From: Bacillota bacterium
Lineage (GTDB): Bacteria; Bacillota; Clostridia; Christensenellales; CAG-138
Assembly: GCA_038562375.1 (NCBI GenBank)
Contig: JBCFAY010000006.1
Span: 31,658 to 95,657 of the forward strand
DNA length: 64,000 bases
Direction of reading: 5' to 3'
The position numbers were made by a program, and so were the translations under genes. Numbering within the stretch: position 1 is the stretch's first letter; each line of letters begins with the position of its first letter. The notes beneath the pieces were generated by a model. The model did no database searches. It was given only the letters and a program-made list of their open reading frames with translations, and had not been told where the DNA came from. Positions 36,618 to 45,970 of the stretch are shown here, in pieces.

Positions 36618-36835
36618 CAACAGACGTACCGCAAGGGGAAGGAGCCGACGCCGCCCGTCTGCGGCAGGCCGGATATACGCGGCGCGGCCTCCCCCCTTGC
36701 CGTATGCCGCGTATGGGAATTGCCCGATCATCGGCGGCATACGGGCTGCGCGCGGCAGCGCGCGCGGCCGAACTGCGGCAGGTGCGGGAACAGGGAGCGT
36801 TGGCTTCCGTAACGTCCCTTTCTCCGTGCCGAAAA

Positions 36836-36860
36836 AGTCCCTGGGGCAGGGACTTTTTTA
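36836..36860. terminator. Rho-independent terminator after the surface protein gene
   Basis: AGTCCCT, loop GGGGC, AGGGACT, flanked by an A-run and TTTTTT. Confidence 0.7.
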
Positions 36861-36990
36861 TTTGGATTTTGCTCTATCAAGCGGAGCAGGCCACATGTTT
36901 GGTTGTACACGTGTGCAGGTTATGCGCCGATTCGGCGATCGCCCTCCTGTGCCGCTACCGCTCAATATATCGTATACAATTCGAATTTCA

Positions 36991-37018
36991 TTGACCTTCA
37001 CAGGAAAAGTGCTATACT
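36991..37018 (+). promoter_or_regulatory. Promoter TTGACC-16-TGcTATACT for the dehydrogenase-like gene
   Basis: -35 at 36991-36996; extended -10 at 37010-37018. Confidence 0.5.
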
Positions 37019-37070
37019 TAATCTGTTTGAACACGTGTGCAAACAAATTTGGTTAAAGGGGAGTATCGTA

Positions 37071-38018
37071 ATGGCAAGAATCTTAATCGCGGATGGGGCC
37101 GATTTGAAAATGACGGTCACATGGGAACCGATCGACAAGATGCTCACTGAGAAACTCGAAAAGCTGGGTCATGAAGTCGTTTTGCAGCACTTTGAAAAGG
37201 ACGAGCTGAAGAAGCGGATCGGCTCCTTTGAAATTGTTGTAGTCGGAGAAAGCACTTTCGTGGACAGGGAGATCATCGACGCGGCGGCTTCGGGCAAGCT
37301 GAAGGCAATTATCAAAGCCGGAACGGCGATGAAAAACATCGACGTAGAGTATGCAAAGGGGAAGGGCATCCGCGTGGAAAACACGCCGGAATGCAGCCGC
37401 AATGCCGTTTGCGAGCTGATCCTGGGGCACATCGTCTCGGTATCGAGATTCTTTTTCCAATGTCTCGGCACAATGAAGAACGGCGAATGGAATTCCTATA
37501 CGGGCATCGAATTGTCCAATCGGACCCTCGGGCTGATCGGCTTCGATAAGACCGCCAAGATGCTGGCGAAAAAGGCGCAGGCGCTCGGCATGACGGTCAC
37601 CTATTGGGATGAAAAAGGCCCCTGCGGCTCCCCGGAATACGCGGATTTCAAATATTTGGATTTCATGGATTTGCTGGCATCCAACACATTTCTTTCGCTC
37701 CATGCGCAGTACGACCCGAAGAAGGGCTGCCTGCTGGGCGAAAAGGAACTCTTCCACACGGAAAAGGGCGCAAACCTGATCAACTGCTGCGACGGCAGGC
37801 TGGTGGACGAAAACGCGCTTTTGAAGGCGCTGGGCGCAACGATGGCCGAGATGCATCTCTTCGGCGTGGCGCTGGATACCTTCCAGGAGGAGCCGACCAA
37901 AAACAAGGCGCTGCTTGCCCACGACCGGGTTTCCTTAAGCCCCCATATCTGCCACGATACCTATGAGGCGAATACCCGGCGCGCCCAGGAGATCCTGGAT
38001 ATTATCAACGGTCTGTAG
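37071..38018 (+). CDS. D-isomer-specific 2-hydroxyacid dehydrogenase family homolog with a degenerate NAD motif
   Basis: Family fold motifs are present ('ALDTFQEEP', 'LSPHICHDTYEA'). The GxGxxG position reads 'GLIGFDKTA' and the usual 'ARG' reads 'CDGR'. Confidence 0.7.
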   Translation: MARILIADGADLKMTVTWEPIDKMLTEKLEKLGHEVVLQHFEKDELKKRIGSFEIVVVGESTFVDREIIDAAASGKLKAIIKAGTAMKNIDVEYAKGKGIRVENTPECSRNAVCELILGHIVSVSRFFFQCLGTMKNGEWNSYTGIELSNRTLGLIGFDKTAKMLAKKAQALGMTVTYWDEKGPCGSPEYADFKYLDFMDLLASNTFLSLHAQYDPKKGCLLGEKELFHTEKGANLINCCDGRLVDENALLKALGATMAEMHLFGVALDTFQEEPTKNKALLAHDRVSLSPHICHDTYEANTRRAQEILDIINGL

Positions 38019-38130
38019 GAACGAAATCTATAAAAATTCCAGGAAGATCTTCTCGCTGCGATAAACGGCCATGTGCTGCAGAGCTTCACCATGACCGGCG
38101 CCTATTCGAGCTGAGACTGCGTTTGAAATG

Positions 38131-38175
38131 AAACCGCCCGACGATAAATGTTTTTTATCGTCGGGCGGTTTTTGT
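38131..38175. terminator. Strong bidirectional terminator
   Basis: AAACCGCCCGACGATAAA / TTTATCGTCGGGCGGTTT with flanking T-runs. Confidence 0.8.
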
Positions 38176-38320
38176 TCTGCCTTGCGCTGCGGACTATTTC
38201 ATCCCATAACGCGGCGTCCGTTGCAGCTCGGAATTTTTCGCCGACAATTTCAAAACGGCAGAAGCAGCGCCCTGGACCCAAAAAGCGTAAAGCGGTCAAA
38301 GGGATGTATTTATCTTCCCG

Positions 38321-38905
38321 TTACCCGTGATAATACCCCGTTCTCGCATTGACCGCGACGTAAGGGACCGCGGAGCCGTCCAGCTCGACATATACCTGGT
38401 AGTACGTATCCTGTATCAGCTCATACTGAACGATCTTTTCGCCGTAGGCTTCCGCGAAGGCGGCTTCGAACATGTCTTTCCAGTGATCGGGCACCGGCGC
38501 GTTTTCCGTGATGTATGCCGTGAACCCCTCGACATCACCGGCTTTTCCGCCTTGCGCGATATACTCCTTGTAAAGGCTGCCAAGATCCAGAAGGTCTAAA
38601 AATTCCTCGGCCCAATGGTACTGGCCCGCCTCGGGCCTATCCTTCTGCCCGACCAAAATAAAGTCCCTCGTCTTTTGCTCCATGCCCTCGCCGTCAAGCG
38701 CCGCGGCAGCGCCGGGTTCGGGCGTCGCCCCGTCCGCCTGCGTGCTCGCAGGGGCGGGAGAGGCCGCTCCTTGCGGCACGGCGGTCGGCGCATCCGTTTG
38801 TGCGGCGGGAGAAGAAACGGCCTCCGTATGTGCGGAACATGCGCCGAGCAAAAGGCCGCAAATCACAATCGCCGGACAGAACAGGATCGATTTAAAGCTT
38901 TTCAT
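38321..38905 (-). CDS. Lipoprotein, unknown function
   Basis: Lipobox 'LLLGAC'. AAGGAGAG lies before the ATG at 38905. Confidence 0.65.
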   Translation of the reverse strand: MKSFKSILFCPAIVICGLLLGACSAHTEAVSSPAAQTDAPTAVPQGAASPAPASTQADGATPEPGAAAALDGEGMEQKTRDFILVGQKDRPEAGQYHWAEEFLDLLDLGSLYKEYIAQGGKAGDVEGFTAYITENAPVPDHWKDMFEAAFAEAYGEKIVQYELIQDTYYQVYVELDGSAVPYVAVNARTGYYHG

Positions 38906-39081
38906 GGATGTGTGTCTCTCCTTTGTACTTTCACACCCCATTATGCTTCCAAAAAAGTTTTTTTGCAAGGCGGGAGAATGGAACGGTTTATCGCGCGCGG
39001 CAACTAAACGGGGCCCGTTCGACGCGCTTTGTTTCGTTGCAGCATAAGATGGCAGTAAATCTTGTCAAAGGGTGAAGCAGC

Positions 39082-39564
39082 ATGTATCAAAAGGATCCGC
39101 TCGGGAACAACGCGAACAATATGAAAAATGTCGGCGGCGCGATGCAAACGGCCTGCACGACGGATTTCGGGCCGGAGCCCTATGCCGTTTGCATCGAAAA
39201 GATCACGGAGGAAAACTGCAATTTCCGCAGGGTTTTGTGGACGGGAGAGCATTTGCAACTGACGCTGATGTGCATCGGCGTCGGCGGGGATATCGGTCTT
39301 GAGATGCACCCGGATACCGACCAGTTCCTCCGGATCGAAGAGGGGCAAGGGCTTGTGAGGATGGGCAATACGCGGGATAATCTTGATTTTCGGGCCTGCG
39401 TATGCGGCGGTTCGGCCATCCTCGTGCCCGCCGGGGCGTGGCACAACCTGACCAATACGGGCTGCAGGCCGATGAAGCTCTATTCCATTTACGCGCCGCC
39501 CGAGCACCCGTACTGCACGATCCATCGGACCCGGGCGATCGCGGACGCCGAGGAGCACGATTAG
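39082..39564 (+). CDS. Cupin-domain protein
   Basis: 'GLEMHPDTDQFLRIEEGQGLV...ILVPAGAWHNLTN' are the cupin motifs. Confidence 0.75.
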   Translation: MYQKDPLGNNANNMKNVGGAMQTACTTDFGPEPYAVCIEKITEENCNFRRVLWTGEHLQLTLMCIGVGGDIGLEMHPDTDQFLRIEEGQGLVRMGNTRDNLDFRACVCGGSAILVPAGAWHNLTNTGCRPMKLYSIYAPPEHPYCTIHRTRAIADAEEHD

Positions 39565-39764
39565 CAAAAGCCGCGCCGGACGCAAAACCGGACGCATTCC
39601 CCTTAGGCTCCTTCGGATCCCTGCGGACGATCCGCCGGGGCGTTCCTAAAAGCGCAAGCCCCGCAACCCAATGGGTGCGGGGCTTTGACGATCCCTTCGG
39701 TTTGCTTTTCCGCCGCGGCCGAAGCATTCGTTCGCCGCGCCGGAATATTTGATCTTGGCGCAGC

Positions 39765-40742
39765 TCAGACGATGCACTCAATCAGCTCGTCCAGATCGAT
39801 CTGGTAAAACGATCTGTCCCACGTCACCTTCGACAGAGCCTCGAAAATGCGCTCCCGGTCGTAGCGGCATCCTTTTAAGCTGCCGGTAACCGCGTCGATA
39901 TCGCCCGCATAGAAGAAATCCCCGGCGATCCCGCACTCCATGATGACCCCGTCCGTAACGTTGAGGCGGACCTCCACCTTTCCCCCGGGCAGGCGCTTGC
40001 TTTTTACGACCTGATACTCCGGCGATTTCCCGAATACCCAATCCCAGCTTCTAAACATCGACGCGTGCTCCCGCTCGATCCTTTGAACGTCCCCGGGCTC
40101 GAGGACGCGCCTTTTCGCGTCCGGCGGAAGCAGTTTTTCCAGCAGGCGCTCGCCAAAGCCCAGCGTGTCCATGTCCTCGCCCAGGTGTTCCCTAAGGTTG
40201 GTGACGCGCTGGCGCACCGAGCGGATGCCCTTCAGGTTGAGCTTTTCGCCGTCCACCGTGAGGGCGCGCGCCATCTCCTCGATATCCGTATCGAATAAAA
40301 TGGAGCCGTGATGCAGCACGCGCCCGCCGTAATGGTACTGCGCGTTGCCGGAAAATTTCCTGCCGTCGATGAGCAGGTCGTTGCGGGCGCTCATCTGCAC
40401 GTCGAGGCCCATCTGCCTTAAGCCCTCGAGCACGGGCTGCACGAACGCGGCAAAATTGATCTGCTTGTCCTGCTCGCGCTTGATAAAGCTGAACTGCCAG
40501 CTTCCCGGATCGGTATAGATGGCGCCGCCGCCCGTTAAGCGGCGAACGACGTGGATGCCGCGCTTCTTAGCGTACTCCTCGTCGATCTCGGCCCGGGCGT
40601 TTTGGTACCGGCCGAGCATCAGCGTAGGCTCGGTATGCCAGAGCAAAAAAACGTCCTCGGGCAGGTCCTTCCCAAGCAGCAAATCCCGCTCGAGTCCGAA
40701 CCAGAAAAACGGATCCAGGCTTTGATGTTCGATATAAATCAT
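39765..40742 (-). CDS. lplA: Lipoate-protein ligase A
   Basis: '[14 protein letters not shown]...[17 protein letters not shown]...[10 protein letters not shown]'. Confidence 0.9.
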   Translation of the reverse strand: MIYIEHQSLDPFFWFGLERDLLLGKDLPEDVFLLWHTEPTLMLGRYQNARAEIDEEYAKKRGIHVVRRLTGGGAIYTDPGSWQFSFIKREQDKQINFAAFVQPVLEGLRQMGLDVQMSARNDLLIDGRKFSGNAQYHYGGRVLHHGSILFDTDIEEMARALTVDGEKLNLKGIRSVRQRVTNLREHLGEDMDTLGFGERLLEKLLPPDAKRRVLEPGDVQRIEREHASMFRSWDWVFGKSPEYQVVKSKRLPGGKVEVRLNVTDGVIMECGIAGDFFYAGDIDAVTGSLKGCRYDRERIFEALSKVTWDRSFYQIDLDELIECIV

Positions 40743-41632
40743 ACTCTTTTCCTCCCGATATGTCCAAAAGCGTCTCCCGCCATATAGGAACTGCGCACCA
40801 GCGGCGCGCTTGCGACGAACAGAAAGCCCATGGCCTCCGCCTCCCGCTTATACTGAGCAAATTCCTCCGGCTCGACGTATTCCATCACCGGATGATGCGC
40901 TTTGCTCGGCGCAAGGTATTGGCCGATGGTCAATATTTCGCAGCCCGCGTTTCTTAGATCTCTTAGGGTATCCAAGACCTCTTCGTGCGTTTCGCCGAGG
41001 CCCACCATGATCCCGGACTTTGCATAAATGTGCGGCGCGGCCCGCTTTACGCGCGAGATCAGCTCCAGCGAGCGCGCGTAGACCGCCATGGGCCTCACCT
41101 CGGGGTACAGGCGCGGGACCGTCTCGATATTATGGTTGACGATGTCCGGCCCCGCCTCTATGACACAGAGAAGCGCGTCAAACCCGCCCTGAAAATCGGG
41201 GATCAATACCTCGATCACCGGCGCGCCCTCCTGAAGCTCGCTTTTGACGGCGCGTATCGTCGCGGCAAAATGGCCCGCCCCGCCGTCGGGCAGATCGTCG
41301 CGCGTGACGGAGGTGATCACGACGTGCTTTAGGCCGAGCTCCTTCACGGCGGATGCGACGTGCCGCGGCTCCTCCGGATCGACGGCGCACGGCAGCTCCT
41401 TTTTCACGGTGCAAAACGTGCAGTTGCGTGTGCAGCGGTTCCCCAATATCATGAACGTCGCGGTGCTCCTGCCGAAGCACTCGCCCCTGTTGGGGCAATG
41501 CGCCTCCTCGCAGACCGTGTGCAGGGACAGCGTGCGCAAAAGGCGCACGACCTCTGCGCTCTCCTTGGTCGAATTGATGCTTGCGCGCAGCCATTCGGGC
41601 TTGCGCTGCGGGATTTGCGGGTTCATGTACAC
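40739..41632 (-). CDS. lipA: Lipoyl synthase
   Basis: '[12 protein letters not shown]' and radical-SAM '[10 protein letters not shown]'. 4-nt overlap with lplA. Confidence 0.95.
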   Translation of the reverse strand: MYMNPQIPQRKPEWLRASINSTKESAEVVRLLRTLSLHTVCEEAHCPNRGECFGRSTATFMILGNRCTRNCTFCTVKKELPCAVDPEEPRHVASAVKELGLKHVVITSVTRDDLPDGGAGHFAATIRAVKSELQEGAPVIEVLIPDFQGGFDALLCVIEAGPDIVNHNIETVPRLYPEVRPMAVYARSLELISRVKRAAPHIYAKSGIMVGLGETHEEVLDTLRDLRNAGCEILTIGQYLAPSKAHHPVMEYVEPEEFAQYKREAEAMGFLFVASAPLVRSSYMAGDAFGHIGRKRV

Positions 41633-41879
41633 CTTCCTTTGATGCCGTCGTTTTTTTTGCGCATGATAGCTTCGTCAACAACGCGAAAGCGCGGTTCGAT
41701 GCATACGCGATTAATCATATATAATATATTATGTTATGAATAAATGCAAGCGCATAAAATCGCGGCCTGTCATTTCTTAGGCGCTTTGGAGGGGCGCGCG
41801 GAGCAGCCGTTTCAACCGGCGATAACCGCCGGTCGATTATCGGGGATTCGCCCGCGTCCTTCCCCCGCGCCGGAAAGGT

Positions 41880-42635
41880 TTATCCTTCTTCCTGCGCCGC
41901 GTTCAGGGCGATCTCGTTCGCCCTCTTTCTGCGCACGCCGATCAGCTTGGACAGCGAATAGATCACCCAGGCATGGAAGGCAATATCGATCAGGATGGAG
42001 GCGATATCCTCCATCGAGAGGAACAGCAGGATCAGCGTATCGATTATGACGAAGGCCAAAGCGACCACAACGGGCCACAGCCTCTTCCTCGCAAGAAGGT
42101 ACAGGACGAGATAGACCGACGCAACGGCCAGAGCGATCGCGATCCCGCCGATCAAAAACGGCATATACAAAAATTCTTCATACAGGGAGAGCGCGACGCC
42201 TATAACCACCTGCGGAACGACGGCGCTGAACGGGAAAGAGACCGAAGCGTTCAGGGCCACCAGCAGCAGGTTTGCATAGGTAAGCACGACAAAGGAGAGA
42301 AAAGAGCCCATCTCGACGCGTTCCTTCTGCGCGAGCGGATCCATCGACGCCGCCGCGCGCAAAGCCGCAGCCGCCTCCTGCTCAAGGGGCAGTCCCGTTT
42401 CCAGATATACGCCGCCTTGGGCCAGCCCCAAGGGCTTGTTGTTCACGCTGAGCTTTAAGACGAGCTCGCTGCCGTCGACTTCGAACAGGCAGAACATCCC
42501 GATCTTCCTCACAGTGACGAGCGGGATCTCGCAGAGCGTTTGGTCGACGCGGATTTTAGCCTTGCCGGAAAGCTTGCAGCCTTCAAAAATGATCTCGTGA
42601 TTCGTCCCGTTGAGGGCAATGTCCCATCTGTGCAT
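41880..42635 (-). CDS. Membrane protein, unknown (N-terminal soluble beta-rich domain plus ~4 TM)
   Basis: GAGGA lies before the ATG at 42635. Hydrophobic helices in the C-terminal half. Confidence 0.55.
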   Translation of the reverse strand: MHRWDIALNGTNHEIIFEGCKLSGKAKIRVDQTLCEIPLVTVRKIGMFCLFEVDGSELVLKLSVNNKPLGLAQGGVYLETGLPLEQEAAAALRAAASMDPLAQKERVEMGSFLSFVVLTYANLLLVALNASVSFPFSAVVPQVVIGVALSLYEEFLYMPFLIGGIAIALAVASVYLVLYLLARKRLWPVVVALAFVIIDTLILLFLSMEDIASILIDIAFHAWVIYSLSKLIGVRRKRANEIALNAAQEEG

Positions 42636-43194
42636 CCGTCGTCCTCGTTCCTTTAGAATAGTAAGTATTAAAGCTATAAATTCAGTATAAAGCATCCGTG
42701 CGCTTTGGGATAGCTCCCGGCGCAAGCCATTATTTTCCTTATATTATGAAGAACGATCGGCGGGCTTTGCCGGACGACGCGGGCCGCAAGGAAACCCTTG
42801 CGGCCCGCGTTTTCATCGGGGAACGCCCTCGTTATTTCCCGATGCCTTCGGCGATCCTGATGATTTCGTCCCTCCCTAGGCTCTCGGCCTCGATGCTGTA
42901 GATTACGGCGGAATACGTCTCGCCGGATGTCGTAAAGCCGAACTGCGACAGTCGCTTTTCCCGGACGGCGGCGTTGAGCGAGAAAGCATCGTGGTAGAGC
43001 GCCGATCTGTGACATCGACACAGCGATGGCATACTTCCCTGCCTTTAAACCGCATGGGGTCGACTCCTTTCCCTTACTCCATAGATGCATTTTACCGCAT
43101 TCGCGGCGCGGCCGCATTTGCGGCATTGTTCCACCATGGTTCAATGATTATTCGGCATCGCCGAACGTATTTTCGGTTATTTCGCATAAAAATC

Positions 43195-43224
43195 ATTGTT
43201 CTTTATTTAGAACAATGCTATGAT
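43195..43224 (+). promoter_or_regulatory. Candidate promoter (TTGTTC-14-TGcTATGAT) with an embedded 8-6-8 palindrome, upstream of the molybdenum operon
   Basis: ATTGTTCT-TTATTT-AGAACAAT at 43195-43216. The extended -10 ends 6 nt before the ATG at 43231. No SD is present. Confidence 0.4.
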
Positions 43225-43230
43225 CTTGAC

Positions 43231-44253
43231 ATGAAACTCATTGAGACAAAAAATGCCGTTGGACATATGCTCTGTCACGACCTGACGCGGATCGTCAAGG
43301 ACCAGATGAAGGGCGCCCAATTCAAAAAGGGACATATCGTCGCGGAGGAAGACATCCCCGTCCTGCTTGAAATGGGCAAGGAACACCTCTACGTTTGGGA
43401 AGTGGACGATACAAAGCTCCATGAAAACGACGCGGCTGCCCGGCTTGCCGCCATTTGCAGGAATGCCGGTATGCGTCAGACGGAGCCGAATGAGGGCAAG
43501 ATCGAGCTGATCGCCGAGATCGACGGCCTGTTCCGCGTGGATGTCGAGCGGCTCAACGCCATCAACAGCCTCGAGGACATCATGATCGCCACGCGCCACA
43601 CCAACACCGCCGTCAAAGCGGGCGACAAGCTTTGCGGCACGCGCGTGATCCCCCTGGTCATCGACAAATCGCGCCTCGAGGAAGCCGAACGCCTCGCCGG
43701 AGCGAAGCCCCTTCTGGAGCTTCTGCCGTTCCTTGTGCTCAAGGCGGGCATCGTGACGACCGGGAGCGAGGTCTTCCACGGCCGGATCAAGGATACGTTC
43801 ACGCCCGTCGTCGAAAAAAAGCTCGGCGAGTACGGCATTGAAACCGTTGCCCGCCGCGTTGTGGACGACGCGGTCGATCACATCACCGAGGCCATCCTCG
43901 AGGTGCGCGAACAGGGCGTGGATATCGTTTTGTGCACCGGCGGCATGAGCGTCGACCCGGACGATATGACGCCCGCCGCCATAAAGCGCAGCGGGGCCAG
44001 GATCGTGACCTACGGCGCTCCCGTTCTGCCCGGAGCGATGTTCCTGCTCGGCTATTACGACGACGGTGTGCCCGTGATGGGGCTGCCGGGGTGCGTGATG
44101 TACGCCAAGGCGACCATATTCGATCTGATGCTGCCGAGGATCGCCGCCGGGGTGCGCATCGCGCGGAAGGACGTCACTTCCCTCGGGAACGGCGGGCTTT
44201 GCCTCAACTGTCCGGTTTGCCATTACCCCAACTGCGGGTTTGGGAAAAGCTGA
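43231..44253 (+). CDS. Molybdopterin-binding (MoCF_biosynth/MoeA-related) protein
   Basis: 'KAGIVTTGSEV...VDIVLCTGGMSVDPDDMTP...GAPVLPGAMFLLG' is the MoaB/MoeA-type cofactor-binding fold. Confidence 0.7.
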   Translation: MKLIETKNAVGHMLCHDLTRIVKDQMKGAQFKKGHIVAEEDIPVLLEMGKEHLYVWEVDDTKLHENDAAARLAAICRNAGMRQTEPNEGKIELIAEIDGLFRVDVERLNAINSLEDIMIATRHTNTAVKAGDKLCGTRVIPLVIDKSRLEEAERLAGAKPLLELLPFLVLKAGIVTTGSEVFHGRIKDTFTPVVEKKLGEYGIETVARRVVDDAVDHITEAILEVREQGVDIVLCTGGMSVDPDDMTPAAIKRSGARIVTYGAPVLPGAMFLLGYYDDGVPVMGLPGCVMYAKATIFDLMLPRIAAGVRIARKDVTSLGNGGLCLNCPVCHYPNCGFGKS

Positions 44254-44292
44254 AAATAAATAATTAAGAACAATTTAAAAGGAGAAACACCC

Positions 44293-45177
44293 ATGCAGAC
44301 GAAGAAACAAGTCCTGCTCTTTTTCGTGATCCTTGTTATGGCGGCGTCCCTGTTCGCAGGCTGCGCGCCCGCCGCCGCGCCGGAGCCCACCGCAGCGCCG
44401 ACCGCCGCGCCCACCGAGGCCCCCACCCCCGAGCCCACGCCCGCGCCGGTGGGGCTTACCGTGTTCGCCGCCGCATCCATGACCGAATCTTTGAACCAGA
44501 TCGCAAATATGTACAAGGCCGTCGCCCCCAACGTGACGCTCACGTTCAACTTTGAATCGAGCGGCACGCTCAAGACCCAGATCCAGGAAGGCGCGCAGGC
44601 GGACATCTTCATCTCCGCCGGTCAGCTCCAGATGAACCAGCTCGACATCGCCGCCGATGCCGCCGTCAACACCGAGCAGCTCGACTTTGTCGACGCCGCG
44701 ACGCGCTTCAACCTCGTGACCAACACGGTGGTGCTGATCGTCCCCGAAGGCTCCGACAAGGGCATCGCCTCCTTCGACGATGTGGCGACCGATAAGGTCG
44801 GCTTGATTGCCCTCGGCAATTCCGACGTGCCGGTCGGCCAATATGCGCAGGATATCTTTACATATCTCAAAGTATGGGATAAACTCAACAGCGATAAGAA
44901 AATTTCCTTCGGTACCAACGTCAAGGAAGTGCTCGCCCAGGTGGAATCCGGCGCGGTCGACTGTGGCGTCGTGTACATTTCCGACGCGGCTACCGCCACC
45001 GGCGTCAAGGTCGTCGCCACCGCTCCCGAGGGCAGCCACAAGCCCGTCAACTACCCCGCCGCGGTCCTGAAGATCTCCGAGCATCCGACCGAGGCCGCCG
45101 CGTTCCTCGAGTACCTCAAGAGCGCCGACTGCGCCAAGGTGTTCACCGACATCGGCTTCGGCATCCCCGCAAAATAA
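44293..45177 (+). CDS. modA: Molybdate ABC transporter substrate-binding lipoprotein
   Basis: Lipobox 'LFAGC'. 'VFAAASMTESL...FESSGTLKTQIQEGAQADIFISA'. Confidence 0.9.
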   Translation: MQTKKQVLLFFVILVMAASLFAGCAPAAAPEPTAAPTAAPTEAPTPEPTPAPVGLTVFAAASMTESLNQIANMYKAVAPNVTLTFNFESSGTLKTQIQEGAQADIFISAGQLQMNQLDIAADAAVNTEQLDFVDAATRFNLVTNTVVLIVPEGSDKGIASFDDVATDKVGLIALGNSDVPVGQYAQDIFTYLKVWDKLNSDKKISFGTNVKEVLAQVESGAVDCGVVYISDAATATGVKVVATAPEGSHKPVNYPAAVLKISEHPTEAAAFLEYLKSADCAKVFTDIGFGIPAK

Positions 45178-45277
45178 GCTCGAAGGCTGAAAAAGACCCA
45201 ATGTCGATCGGGCCGCGGAGGAAGCTTTGGCTTGCCGCGGCCCGATTTTCTATGAATCCGAAAGGAGGCGATGCCCG

Positions 45278-45970
45278 ATGGATCTGTTTCCGCTTATAAA
45301 CTCCATCCGCATCTCGCTGATCTCCACCGTCCTCATATTCTTTACAGGCATTTTTCTCGCATACTACGTCGCAAAAACGCCGCGCTTCGTCAAAGGCGTG
45401 CTCGACTGCATCCTGACGCTGCCTTTGGTGCTCCCGCCGACGGTCCTGGGCTTTTTTCTCTTAAAGACGATCGGCCCCAAGGCTCCCGTCGGCGCGCTCC
45501 TGCTCGAGTGGTTCAACGCGCGCATCACGATGACGTGGGTCGCCTCCATCTTCGCGACAAGCCTTGTGGCGCTCCCCTTGATGTACCGCACCGTGCGCGG
45601 AGCGCTCGAGGCGCTCGATGTGAACCTCGTCTATTCCGGAAAGACGCTCGGCCTTTCCAACACCTATATCTTCTGGCGAATCACGCTTCCAAACTGCAAG
45701 GAGGGCATCCTCGCGGGAACGGTGCTCGCCTTTGCCCGCGCGCTCGGCGAATACGGTGCGACGAGCATGGTCTCGGGCTACATCCCCGGCAAAACCGCCA
45801 CCATTTCCACCACCGTATACCAGCTTTGGCGGGAAGGCAACGATGCGCTCGCGTATCGATGGGTGTTCATCAACCTCGCCATATCCTTCGTGGTGCTCAT
45901 CGCGGTAAACCTGTTCGAAAGCAATCAGCGCAGGGCGTCCGCGCAAAAACAGCAGCGGGAGGCTCTCTAG
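45278..45970 (+). CDS. modB: Molybdate ABC transporter permease
   Basis: 'LPLVLPPTVLGFFLL' and the EAA-type loop 'GKTLGLSNTYIFWRITLP'. Confidence 0.9.
   Translation: MDLFPLINSIRISLISTVLIFFTGIFLAYYVAKTPRFVKGVLDCILTLPLVLPPTVLGFFLLKTIGPKAPVGALLLEWFNARITMTWVASIFATSLVALPLMYRTVRGALEALDVNLVYSGKTLGLSNTYIFWRITLPNCKEGILAGTVLAFARALGEYGATSMVSGYIPGKTATISTTVYQLWREGNDALAYRWVFINLAISFVVLIAVNLFESNQRRASAQKQQREAL

Noticed and set aside
42832-43032. 66-aa minus-strand ORF ('...TYSAVIYSIEAESLGRDEIIRIAEGIGK')
   Set aside because: It has no convincing SD, a Cys/His/Arg-rich odd N-terminus and no motif. At best it is the C-terminal stump of a decayed gene, so it was left unannotated.
43033-43230. Possible Moco riboswitch upstream of the molybdenum operon
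   Set aside because: A GGGAAAGGAG-like element appears only on the minus strand (43061-43070). I could not find the accompanying conserved CCGAGCC/CCUCC elements or the expected stems in the operon's orientation. An Infernal scan with RF01055 would settle it.
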